The translations under genes and the position numbers were made by a program. From IMG/VR virus record IMGVR_UViG_2657245448_000011: a DNA stretch of 14,790 nucleotides. One strand, given 5' to 3'. The DNA comes from a virus (taxonomy: Duplodnaviria; Heunggongvirae; Uroviricota; Caudoviricetes). Of this stretch, positions 1 to 6,395 are shown one piece after another (the stretch's first letter is position 1; each line of letters begins with the position of its first letter). The notes under the pieces were generated by a model. The model searched no databases. It had not been told where the DNA came from and saw only the letters and a program-made list of their open reading frames with translations.

Positions 1-672
1 ATGTGTGGACGTTTCGTTCAATCAATGACGCGTGAAGATTATCTCGCCCTGCTCGCTGTTGAGGCCGAACTCGACATACCATACGATCCCGAACCAATTG
101 GTCGTTTTAACGTCGCGCCAGGCACCAAAGTTCTGCTACTGAGCGAACATGATGAGCAGTTGCATCTTGATCCAGTTATCTGGGGATACGCCCCCGGTTG
201 GTGGGATAAACCGCCACTCATTAACGCACGGTCTGAAACTGCGGCCACCAGCAGAATGTTTAAACCACTCTGGCAACATGGTCGCGCAATTTGCTTTGCT
301 GATGGCTGGTACGAATGGAAAAAGGAAGGTGACAAAAAGCAGCCCTACTTCATTCATCGAGCCGATGGCCAGCCGATATTTATGGCGGCGATCGGCAGCA
401 CACCATTCGAACGTGGAGATGAAGCAGAAGGTTTCCTGATAGTGACAGCTGCGGCCGACAAAGGGCTGGTAGATATACACGACAGGCGGCCTCTGGTACT
501 GTCCCCAGAAGCTGCTCGCGAATGGATGAGACAGGACACTGGAGGGAAAGATGCTGCGGAAATTGCGGCAGACGGTTCCGTACCGGCTGATAAATTTATA
601 TGGCATGCCGTAACGCGCGCCGTCGGGAATGTACGAAATCAAAGCTATGAGCTTATAATGCCGATAAATTAA
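1..672 (+). CDS. yedK: SOS-response-associated peptidase (SRAP), abasic-site processing protein YedK-like
   Basis: Complete 223-aa ORF starting exactly at window position 1. N-terminus MCGRF with Cys2 is the hallmark SRAP nucleophile arrangement; length matches E. coli YedK (about 222 aa). Confidence 0.85.
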   Translation: MCGRFVQSMTREDYLALLAVEAELDIPYDPEPIGRFNVAPGTKVLLLSEHDEQLHLDPVIWGYAPGWWDKPPLINARSETAATSRMFKPLWQHGRAICFADGWYEWKKEGDKKQPYFIHRADGQPIFMAAIGSTPFERGDEAEGFLIVTAAADKGLVDIHDRRPLVLSPEAAREWMRQDTGGKDAAEIAADGSVPADKFIWHAVTRAVGNVRNQSYELIMPIN

Positions 673-690
673 ATCTGTTAGGACTGTATA

Positions 691-1161
691 ATGACAGACA
701 AGGAAATCCTGGAGTGGATCCATAACACTTCTCCGACTATCGAACAGCAGTTGAGGCGCTGGCTGGATGAAATTATGGAGAATGGCCATCAGTCATCCGA
801 GTACGCTCATGGCATAGAGTTACATGACAGGATTCGATTGGCCCTTTTAAGGCCCTACACCAATAAATACAACGGATTTTGTCTTTCGATTTGCACCGTG
901 CGTTTGCCTGCTGAAATTCAGGGAAAAGGATGGTTTAAAAGTTTCCTTAAACTTTGTTGCGAGATAAATCCTTGGCACGATGTAATTTTGGAAGACGTAG
1001 GGAATGAACATCTACTTTCTTTCTGCAAGCGCAACAATTTTCAAGTTCTGGACCCGTTTTATAAAACAACATATGTGGTTAATAAACAGGCTGTAATGAA
1101 TTTGGTAACCAAGCCTCTAGGACGCTATACCGATTATTTAACCCTCAACAAATCAGTGTAA
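691..1161 (+). CDS. yedL: GNAT-family N-acetyltransferase-like protein, possible YedL orthologue
   Basis: 156-aa ORF 18 bp after yedK with AGGA upstream of ATG. Contains GNAT-like motifs (IQGKGWFKSFL and NEHLLSFCKRNNFQV). Recalled E. coli synteny places yedL directly after yedK. Visibly AT-rich compared with flanking genes. Last 28 bp overlap the umuC 3' end convergently. Confidence 0.55.
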   Translation: MTDKEILEWIHNTSPTIEQQLRRWLDEIMENGHQSSEYAHGIELHDRIRLALLRPYTNKYNGFCLSICTVRLPAEIQGKGWFKSFLKLCCEINPWHDVILEDVGNEHLLSFCKRNNFQVLDPFYKTTYVVNKQAVMNLVTKPLGRYTDYLTLNKSV

Positions 1162-2402
1162 CGCGTAGTATACCTTGGAGAGAGCATCTCTCGCTTCATC
1201 TGCCACTGCTGCTGTATACCCTGCCCAGCAAAGTAGAGCGTGCCCCTTCCATCTTTCGCGTTCAGATGATCCAGAACTTCCATCAACTTCTCGCTTCCCC
1301 GGCGAGGCGCATTATCCTCGAACAGATTCAACTGGGCGATGCCCTGACTGAAGAAATCCCCCAGCATTACCCCGGCTTTCTGATATCGGTGTCCGTCTTT
1401 CCATATTGCATCCAGACTCCGCGTCGCTGCGGCAATGATATCCCGGCTGTCCTGTGTCGGGGTGAGCAGCTTCACCGACGCGCTGTTACCGTAGTACGGT
1501 TCGTCCAACGCAAAGGGTGACGTTTTAACAAAAGTAGATATGAAGCGGCAATACTGATGCTCTCCACGTAACTTTTCTGCGGCGCGTGACGCGTAGCTGC
1601 AGATGGCCTGTCGCATAGCATCATAATCCGTAATACGTTCCCCGAATGATCTGGAACAGACAATTTCCTGCTTTACGGGGGCAAATTCCTCCAGTTCAAG
1701 ACAGCGCTCACCGCGCAGTTCGCGCACCGTTCTCTCGAGGACAACATTGAAGTGCTTCCGGATAAAACGAATATCAGTATCAGCCAGATCCAGAACCGTT
1801 TTAATCCCCATTGCCTCCAGCTTTTTGCTGATACGGCGCCCTACTCCCCAGACCTCATCAACCGGAAGCGCAGCCATCAGTTTGCGCTGGCGTTCGAGGT
1901 TCGATAAGTCCACTACTCCGCCCGTCTGTTTCTGCCATTTCTTGGCTGCATGGTTCGCCAGTTTCGCCAGAGTTTTAGTTTGAGCTATTCCAACCCCAAC
2001 CATCAGTCCTGTATTTTGATAAACAGCATCTTTTAATTCCCGCCCAAAATCCTCAAGTACACGACAATTCCTCACACCAGCAAGATCACAGAAAGCCTCA
2101 TCAATTGAATATATTTCGCAGCGGGGCGACATTGCCTCCAGCGTGGTCATCACACGGTTCGACATATCTGCATAAAGCTCGTAATTGCTGCTGAAACAAA
2201 CCACGCCATATCGACGGAATAAGTCCTTCTGCTTAAAATACGGGTCCCCCATTTTCACACCAGCTTTTTTGGCTGCAGCGTTACGGGCGATAACACAACC
2301 GTCGTTATTGGAAAGAACGACAACAGGTTTGTCTTTCAGATCGGGCCGGAATGCCATCTCACAGCTGGCGTAAAACGAGTTCACATCAACCAGGGCAAAC
2401 AT
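1134..2402 (-). CDS. umuC: DNA polymerase V catalytic subunit UmuC (Y-family translesion polymerase)
   Basis: 422-aa ORF; N-terminus MFALVDVNSFYASCE and SIDEAF motif; C-terminus DLLRVK as in E. coli UmuC; high identity over the full length as far as I can recall the E. coli sequence. Start ATG overlaps umuD stop (TGACATG arrangement). Confidence 0.95.
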   Translation of the reverse strand: MFALVDVNSFYASCEMAFRPDLKDKPVVVLSNNDGCVIARNAAAKKAGVKMGDPYFKQKDLFRRYGVVCFSSNYELYADMSNRVMTTLEAMSPRCEIYSIDEAFCDLAGVRNCRVLEDFGRELKDAVYQNTGLMVGVGIAQTKTLAKLANHAAKKWQKQTGGVVDLSNLERQRKLMAALPVDEVWGVGRRISKKLEAMGIKTVLDLADTDIRFIRKHFNVVLERTVRELRGERCLELEEFAPVKQEIVCSRSFGERITDYDAMRQAICSYASRAAEKLRGEHQYCRFISTFVKTSPFALDEPYYGNSASVKLLTPTQDSRDIIAAATRSLDAIWKDGHRYQKAGVMLGDFFSQGIAQLNLFEDNAPRRGSEKLMEVLDHLNAKDGRGTLYFAGQGIQQQWQMKREMLSPRYTTRYTDLLRVK

Positions 2403-2403
2403 G

Positions 2404-2823
2404 TCAGCTTGCCGCTTTCACGATAAACGTCACAACACCAAAGATATCCAGCGTATCTTCGCTGTTTATCGTAATGGGGGCATAAGAGCTGTTTTCAGGA
2501 ACAAGCATAAGTATTGGCTGTAACTGAAGACGTTTAACCGTGAACTCGCCATCAATGGCAGCGATAACAATATCTCCATGTGCAGGCTTTCTGGAACGGT
2601 CGACGACCAGCAAATCGCCATTCCCGATCCCCGCTCCAGTCATAGAATCACCGGACGACTTCACGAAGTATGTCGCACTTGGATGCTGAACTAATAGTTC
2701 ATTGAGATCAATCCGTTGTTCAACGTAATCCTGCGCTGGTGAGGGAAAGCCACATGGGACAAGATCACTAAATAAGGGAAGCGCAACTATCTGGCGCAGC
2801 TCAGTTGGTGAATAAAACTTCAT
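2404..2823 (-). CDS. umuD: DNA polymerase V accessory subunit UmuD (LexA-like self-cleaving protein)
   Basis: Start trimmed to the internal ATG (MKFYSPTEL...) giving 139 aa, the length of E. coli UmuD. Cys24-Gly25 cleavage site and SGDSM serine motif are present. Immediately upstream of umuC. Confidence 0.9.
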   Translation of the reverse strand: MKFYSPTELRQIVALPLFSDLVPCGFPSPAQDYVEQRIDLNELLVQHPSATYFVKSSGDSMTGAGIGNGDLLVVDRSRKPAHGDIVIAAIDGEFTVKRLQLQPILMLVPENSSYAPITINSEDTLDIFGVVTFIVKAAS

Positions 2824-2843
2824 AATAAACTCACTCATATTTA

Positions 2844-2863
2844 TACTGTTTATGCATACAGTA
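2844..2863. promoter_or_regulatory. LexA operator (SOS box) proximal to umuD
   Basis: TACTGTTTATGCATACAGTA, a perfect CTG-N10-CAG palindrome matching the TACTG(TA)5CAGTA consensus, 21 bp upstream of the umuD start codon. Confidence 0.8.
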
Positions 2864-2865
2864 TA

Positions 2866-2885
2866 TACTGGCATTCAGCACAGTA
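2866..2885. promoter_or_regulatory. Second LexA operator (SOS box) proximal to dinI-like gene
   Basis: TACTGGCATTCAGCACAGTA, again CTG-N10-CAG with TACTG/CAGTA arms, 2 bp from the first box and 16 bp upstream of the dinI-like ATG, directly followed by an AAAGAGGAG ribosome-binding site. Confidence 0.75.
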
Positions 2886-2900
2886 AAGAGGAGTTAAAGC

Positions 2901-3143
2901 ATGTTCGTGGAACTCGTTTATGACAAAAGGAATTTTGATGGGCTGCCCGGTGCAAAAGATATCATTCTGGGCGAATTGACCAGGAGGGTTCACCGGATCT
3001 TCCCCGATGCTGATGTTCGGGTTAAGCCGATGATGACACCGCCAGCGATCAACACTGACGCCAGCAAGCATGAGAAAGAACAGATAAGCCGTACTGTTCA
3101 GGAAATGTTTGAAGAGACTGATATGTGGCTGGTTTCAGATTAA
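2901..3143 (+). CDS. dinI: DinI-family DNA-damage-inducible protein (prophage-type paralogue)
   Basis: 80-aa ORF with strong RBS; resembles DinI in length and in the C-terminal acidic motif (MFEETDMWLVSD versus E. coli DinI ...SADDWFVSE). Preceded by a LexA box. Confidence 0.85.
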   Translation: MFVELVYDKRNFDGLPGAKDIILGELTRRVHRIFPDADVRVKPMMTPPAINTDASKHEKEQISRTVQEMFEETDMWLVSD

Positions 3144-3420
3144 ACGCCTTGAACCGTCATATTGCTTAAGTTAAAAAAATGTGAAATACGTCGTAGACAA
3201 TATCGCCCTGCAATTGAAATAAACTACGCTCCCTGTCAAAAACAGGGATAAATAAATCCGATGATTAAAAAAGCATGTTCTACCGTTGACTGGCCACTTA
3301 TCTGGAAGCCAGATAAGTGGCATTTTTTTTATGGGATTCATATGCACAAGAACGAAATGGAGAAGTTATTTCAGTCGATAGAAGCCCGACTCAGCAGGGC
3401 TGATCTTCCGAAACTGGTGA

Positions 3421-3801
3421 CTAAACACCTGGAAGGGTTCTATTCTGCGCATACCGTCCCTTACCAAACATCCGTACAGCGTAGTACATCACCGCACGCT
3501 TCCACTTTGGTACCCCCAGAACCTGCATCCCGTCCAGAAAAATGAGATCGGCTTCTTTCTTTGTCCGTAGCGCATTATCGTACATGTAATCATGAATGAT
3601 AGCGGCTTTGGCGTACCGACCATCAGGCGGGAGGAATGTCCAGAATAACCGTGGTACGCTCGCCAGATCGGTCACAAACCCAGCCGGGACCTTAATCACA
3701 TCACTGTTGTCATCCGAGAGGTAAAACTCGAAGGGTTCGTACACCCGCCATTTGTAATGACCCAGCATTTCCAGAATCGCCGGGGTGGTGAATTTACTCA
3801 T
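3421..3801 (-). CDS. DUF1353-like phage-associated protein
   Basis: Start trimmed to ATG at 3801 (MSKFTTPAIL..., 126 aa). Motifs VPAGFVTDLASVP and IIHDYMYD resemble the DUF1353 family often found next to phage tail-fibre genes. Family assignment is from memory, not a search. Confidence 0.6.
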   Translation of the reverse strand: MSKFTTPAILEMLGHYKWRVYEPFEFYLSDDNSDVIKVPAGFVTDLASVPRLFWTFLPPDGRYAKAAIIHDYMYDNALRTKKEADLIFLDGMQVLGVPKWKRAVMYYAVRMFGKGRYAQNRTLPGV

Positions 3802-3892
3802 TGACTTGTTCCGTCTGATGGTGAAAAAAATCATTCCACCAACAGGATCATTCCTTTCCCGTTGGTAACATACTAATAGGTTATTTTTCTTG

Positions 3893-3926
3893 CACCGCTC
3901 TCTCCCGTGATTGAGCGGTCTTTTTT
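3893..3926 (+). terminator. Rho-independent terminator-like hairpin (plus strand)
   Basis: 7-bp stem ACCGCTC/GAGCGGT with a 12-nt loop, followed by a run of 7 T. No plus-strand gene ends nearby. Confidence 0.45.
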
Positions 3927-4070
3927 TATTCGCGTATCAGTGCTGTCTCATGTTCTAAAATGAGGCTTTGATCATTGTTTTTCACAGGCTGATGGTGAAA
4001 TAAATCTAACCGCCCTGTGGGCCGGGTGCTGTAGATAAGAAATGTGCATAGCATAATAGCCTCGTAGTCT

Positions 4071-4111
4071 AATGGCCGCTTCTTTCCCAACAGGTGAAGC
4101 GGCCATTTTTT
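4071..4111 (+). terminator. Strong rho-independent terminator-like hairpin (plus strand)
   Basis: 11-bp perfect stem ATGGCCGCTTC/GAAGCGGCCAT with a 13-nt loop, followed by TTTTTTT. No plus-strand ORF precedes it. Confidence 0.55.
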
Positions 4112-4280
4112 TATTGAAAACTATCCCCACTCTGCCTGGCGTAATATTCCTGTGTAAAAATGAGATCCCGATCTCTTGCCTTCCGTTTCCTGCCGGTGAA
4201 ATACATTAGGTGTCCTCCGTAACGAGGACGCTGCATATTTACTACCGAAAATATCCTTTAGCAATCTTAATGGCACTTGT

Positions 4281-4320
4281 GGCCGCTTCTGTCTCTCCTG
4301 TACAGAAGCGGCTTTTTTTT
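4281..4320 (+). terminator. Strong rho-independent terminator-like hairpin (plus strand), related to the hairpin at 4071
   Basis: 11-bp perfect stem GCCGCTTCTGT/ACAGAAGCGGC with a 9-nt loop, followed by 9 T. Shares the GCCGCTTC/GAAGCGGC stem core and an upstream TAATGG motif with the 4071 hairpin. Confidence 0.55.
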
Positions 4321-4372
4321 TCAGCTCATCACCCAGCTGGTTCGATAGTGATGGTCCCGGCAGTGTTCACGA

Positions 4373-4744
4373 CTACCAGCGTTTTACGAATGGCTGAAAG
4401 TCATTATTGTTAACCCTGAAGCGTGTATACATACTGCCGTCTGCCATGAACAGGATTTGTGTTATCCATTCTTTTGCGCCACCCACCGCAGGAATGACCT
4501 TCTGTCCGTCATCGCCCGCGCCGAGTGAATCAAGAGTCTGCACCATGCCATACGCCATACTGCCCGATTGCGGATTACCTTCCGTATCCGGGGTGATCTT
4601 CATATAACCGACAGTTGCGGTGTTCAGATTTGCACAGACTGGCGCATCACCCGCATGGAACAGGCCAAACTTTCCGGCCAGCGAGACAATACCTGATGCT
4701 TTACCTGCCTGTGAGCCCAGCGTATTTGAGTTTATAATTATCAT
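4373..4744 (-). CDS. Hypothetical protein (123 aa), last gene of the tail-fibre operon
   Basis: ORF with ATG at 4744 preceded by AAGGTGA Shine-Dalgarno; 8 nt after the stop of the upstream gene. Gly/Ala-rich; no domain recognised. Confidence 0.6.
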   Translation of the reverse strand: MIIINSNTLGSQAGKASGIVSLAGKFGLFHAGDAPVCANLNTATVGYMKITPDTEGNPQSGSMAYGMVQTLDSLGAGDDGQKVIPAVGGAKEWITQILFMADGSMYTRFRVNNNDFQPFVKRW

Positions 4745-4752
4745 GATTGTTA

Positions 4753-5121
4753 TCACCTTTTAATCCAGTTACCCCAGCCTGTCAGCCAGTTCCCCCCTCT
4801 TGAGTGCAGTGAATTATCCGTGCCGTAGAACAACTGATAAGTTACTTCACCAGGCTCCAGAACTTCAGGGATGTATCGCGTACCATCCGGGCCAGCACCT
4901 TTTGATGATATTGTCCAGACAATACCCCAGGGCCATCTCGAATCTGGTACGTGAGGAACGGCTTTGGTGGAGCGCATGAACCCCGTCAGCGTCATGTTGA
5001 AGTCCATTACTTCCGTCATCATGCCTGCCGGCACTGAACCAAACAGCCCGGCAATGACCAGTGGATCGATATCCGGATGCTCTGGAGTAACGAGGGACGG
5101 GGGTTTGATATAGATAGCCAT
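4753..5121 (-). CDS. Hypothetical protein (122 aa)
   Basis: ATG-initiated ORF (MAIYIKPP...), same strand and operon context as the tail-fibre genes; Trp/Gly-rich; RBS is weak. No domain recognised. Confidence 0.55.
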   Translation of the reverse strand: MAIYIKPPSLVTPEHPDIDPLVIAGLFGSVPAGMMTEVMDFNMTLTGFMRSTKAVPHVPDSRWPWGIVWTISSKGAGPDGTRYIPEVLEPGEVTYQLFYGTDNSLHSRGGNWLTGWGNWIKR

Positions 5122-5238
5122 AGTGATTTACCAGTTAACCAGAATAATCTGGCTGTGAACTGAAGATACCAGCCCGCCACCATTCCCGGCTGACGAGCCC
5201 CCCAAAAATCCTGGTGCAGGAATGGGCATCTTAATCTC

Positions 5239-5472
5239 CTACGTCACGATGACACGGACACTGCCGTCATATCCTGATGCTCTGATCCACAGGCGGTCCG
5301 GCGGTGTGGCCGTGAATTTTTCATTATTCATATTGTGCGCAGGATGCGCGGCGTCAGGTTTCTGGGCGCTGGAGCAGACATCAGCCACCCCGTTTATCTG
5401 GACAAAAACCGTCTGACTGCCGTCCGTCAGCTCCTGCCACTCCCGCGCCACAATCATTTCTCTGGTTGCCAT
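5239..5472 (-). CDS. Hypothetical small protein (77 aa), paralogue of the adjacent 89-aa protein
   Basis: ATG start with GGAGG Shine-Dalgarno. Clear paralogy to the upstream ORF (REWQELTDG versus RAWQQLTDG; WIRASGYDGSVRVIVT versus WVRAAGYDNKVRLFIT). Confidence 0.6.
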   Translation of the reverse strand: MATREMIVAREWQELTDGSQTVFVQINGVADVCSSAQKPDAAHPAHNMNNEKFTATPPDRLWIRASGYDGSVRVIVT

Positions 5473-5498
5473 AACCCCTCCGGCCCCTTCTGGCCCAC

Positions 5499-5768
5499 TC
5501 AGTTTTTAATCACAGGAACGCTGGCTGCAGCTCTGTCAGTAATGAACAGTCTGACCTTGTTGTCATAGCCCGCGGCCCTCACCCATGCCTTTGAGGGCGG
5601 GGAAATAATAATGGTTTGTCCCGGGCACCTCAGGGAAGGCGCACACTCTCCCGGCCTGATATCGCTGTCACACAGTTCGATGACACCAAAAAACGCAAAG
5701 ATCATATTCTCCTCACCGTCGGTCAGTTGCTGCCACGCTCTTCCCACTTCCAGTACCCTGGTTCCCAT
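5499..5768 (-). CDS. Hypothetical small protein (89 aa), paralogue of the adjacent 77-aa protein
   Basis: ATG start with GGGAG Shine-Dalgarno, 15 bp after the tfa-like stop. Paralogous to 5239..5472. Confidence 0.6.
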   Translation of the reverse strand: MGTRVLEVGRAWQQLTDGEENMIFAFFGVIELCDSDIRPGECAPSLRCPGQTIIISPPSKAWVRAAGYDNKVRLFITDRAAASVPVIKN

Positions 5769-5782
5769 ACTGTCTCCCGCCC

Positions 5783-6385
5783 TTACCCTGTTCTGGTTAT
5801 GTCCTCCACAGATTCATTCCAGCCCACCCTGTAATTTCTGATGGCGTCCAGCACAGTCAGTGCATTCATTTCGGCTTTCATCTGCAACTGACGCTGGTTA
5901 ATCTGCATGCCCTTTTCAAACATCGCCTTTTCAATGGCGTCCGCCAGCGCGAGCAGTTCTTCCGCTGTCACCGGCACGACAGTGTTATCACCATCAGTCC
6001 AGGCAAAGCCATCCGGCAGTACATTTCGTGACGCCATCGCCACCGAGGTACTCAGCCGGGATTGTGTTTTTTTGCCATAATCCCAGCGCCTGCCGTTCCA
6101 GGTCATCAGATACTCTTTCTCTTCCTGCGCATCGCGCCAGGCGTTAATTTCATCCCGCTTAGCCTGTCTGACTGACGCCAGCATCGCCTCAGTAACGGTA
6201 AACGGTGTCACTTCGCCGTATTTTCCGGCGACCAGGTCTGTATAGAGCTGTTGACCATAGTCAGTCGGGTCATGGGCTGCTGCGGTATAGGGAAGATAGC
6301 GCTCACTGTCACTGAACAGCACCTGCACCGAAATCGTCCCGTTCTCGTTATATCGCCCGTGACGGGCATCAGTTATGGTTACCAT
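5783..6385 (-). CDS. tfa: Tail fibre assembly protein (Tfa-like chaperone)
   Basis: 200-aa ORF 10 bp after the tail-fibre gene. C-terminal region (LDAIRNYRVGWNE) resembles the conserved Tfa C-terminus (lambda Tfa ...AWKKYRVLLNRVD). Confidence 0.7.
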   Translation of the reverse strand: MVTITDARHGRYNENGTISVQVLFSDSERYLPYTAAAHDPTDYGQQLYTDLVAGKYGEVTPFTVTEAMLASVRQAKRDEINAWRDAQEEKEYLMTWNGRRWDYGKKTQSRLSTSVAMASRNVLPDGFAWTDGDNTVVPVTAEELLALADAIEKAMFEKGMQINQRQLQMKAEMNALTVLDAIRNYRVGWNESVEDITRTG

Positions 6386-6395
6386 CGATTTTCCC

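Noticed and set aside
1266-2373. Plus-strand ORFs 1266..1520, 1747..1983 and 2185..2373
   Set aside because: Antisense within umuC, which is confirmed by strong homology; no independent support.
3261-3545. 94-aa plus-strand ORF downstream of dinI
   Set aside because: Weak ribosome-binding site and a 125-bp convergent overlap with the DUF1353-like gene. Not called as a feature; kept as a low-confidence observation in the findings.
4110-4205. 31-codon minus-strand ORF (MYFTGRKRKARDRDLIFTQEYYARQSGDSFQ) with a GGAGG Shine-Dalgarno 7 nt upstream
   Set aside because: Too short to support without conservation or expression data; the Shine-Dalgarno lies inside a hairpin (GTCCTC/GAGGAC). Worth a look only if transcript data show minus-strand expression here.
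4336-4346. GGTTCGAT motif resembling a tRNA T-loop
   Set aside because: Flanking sequence cannot form a T-arm stem or acceptor stem and there is no CCA or cloverleaf context; not a tRNA or tRNA fragment.
4210-4413. 67-aa plus-strand ORF
   Set aside because: Reads straight through the strong terminator hairpin at 4281..4320 and into the 3' end of the minus-strand gene at 4373; no RBS; likely a chance frame.
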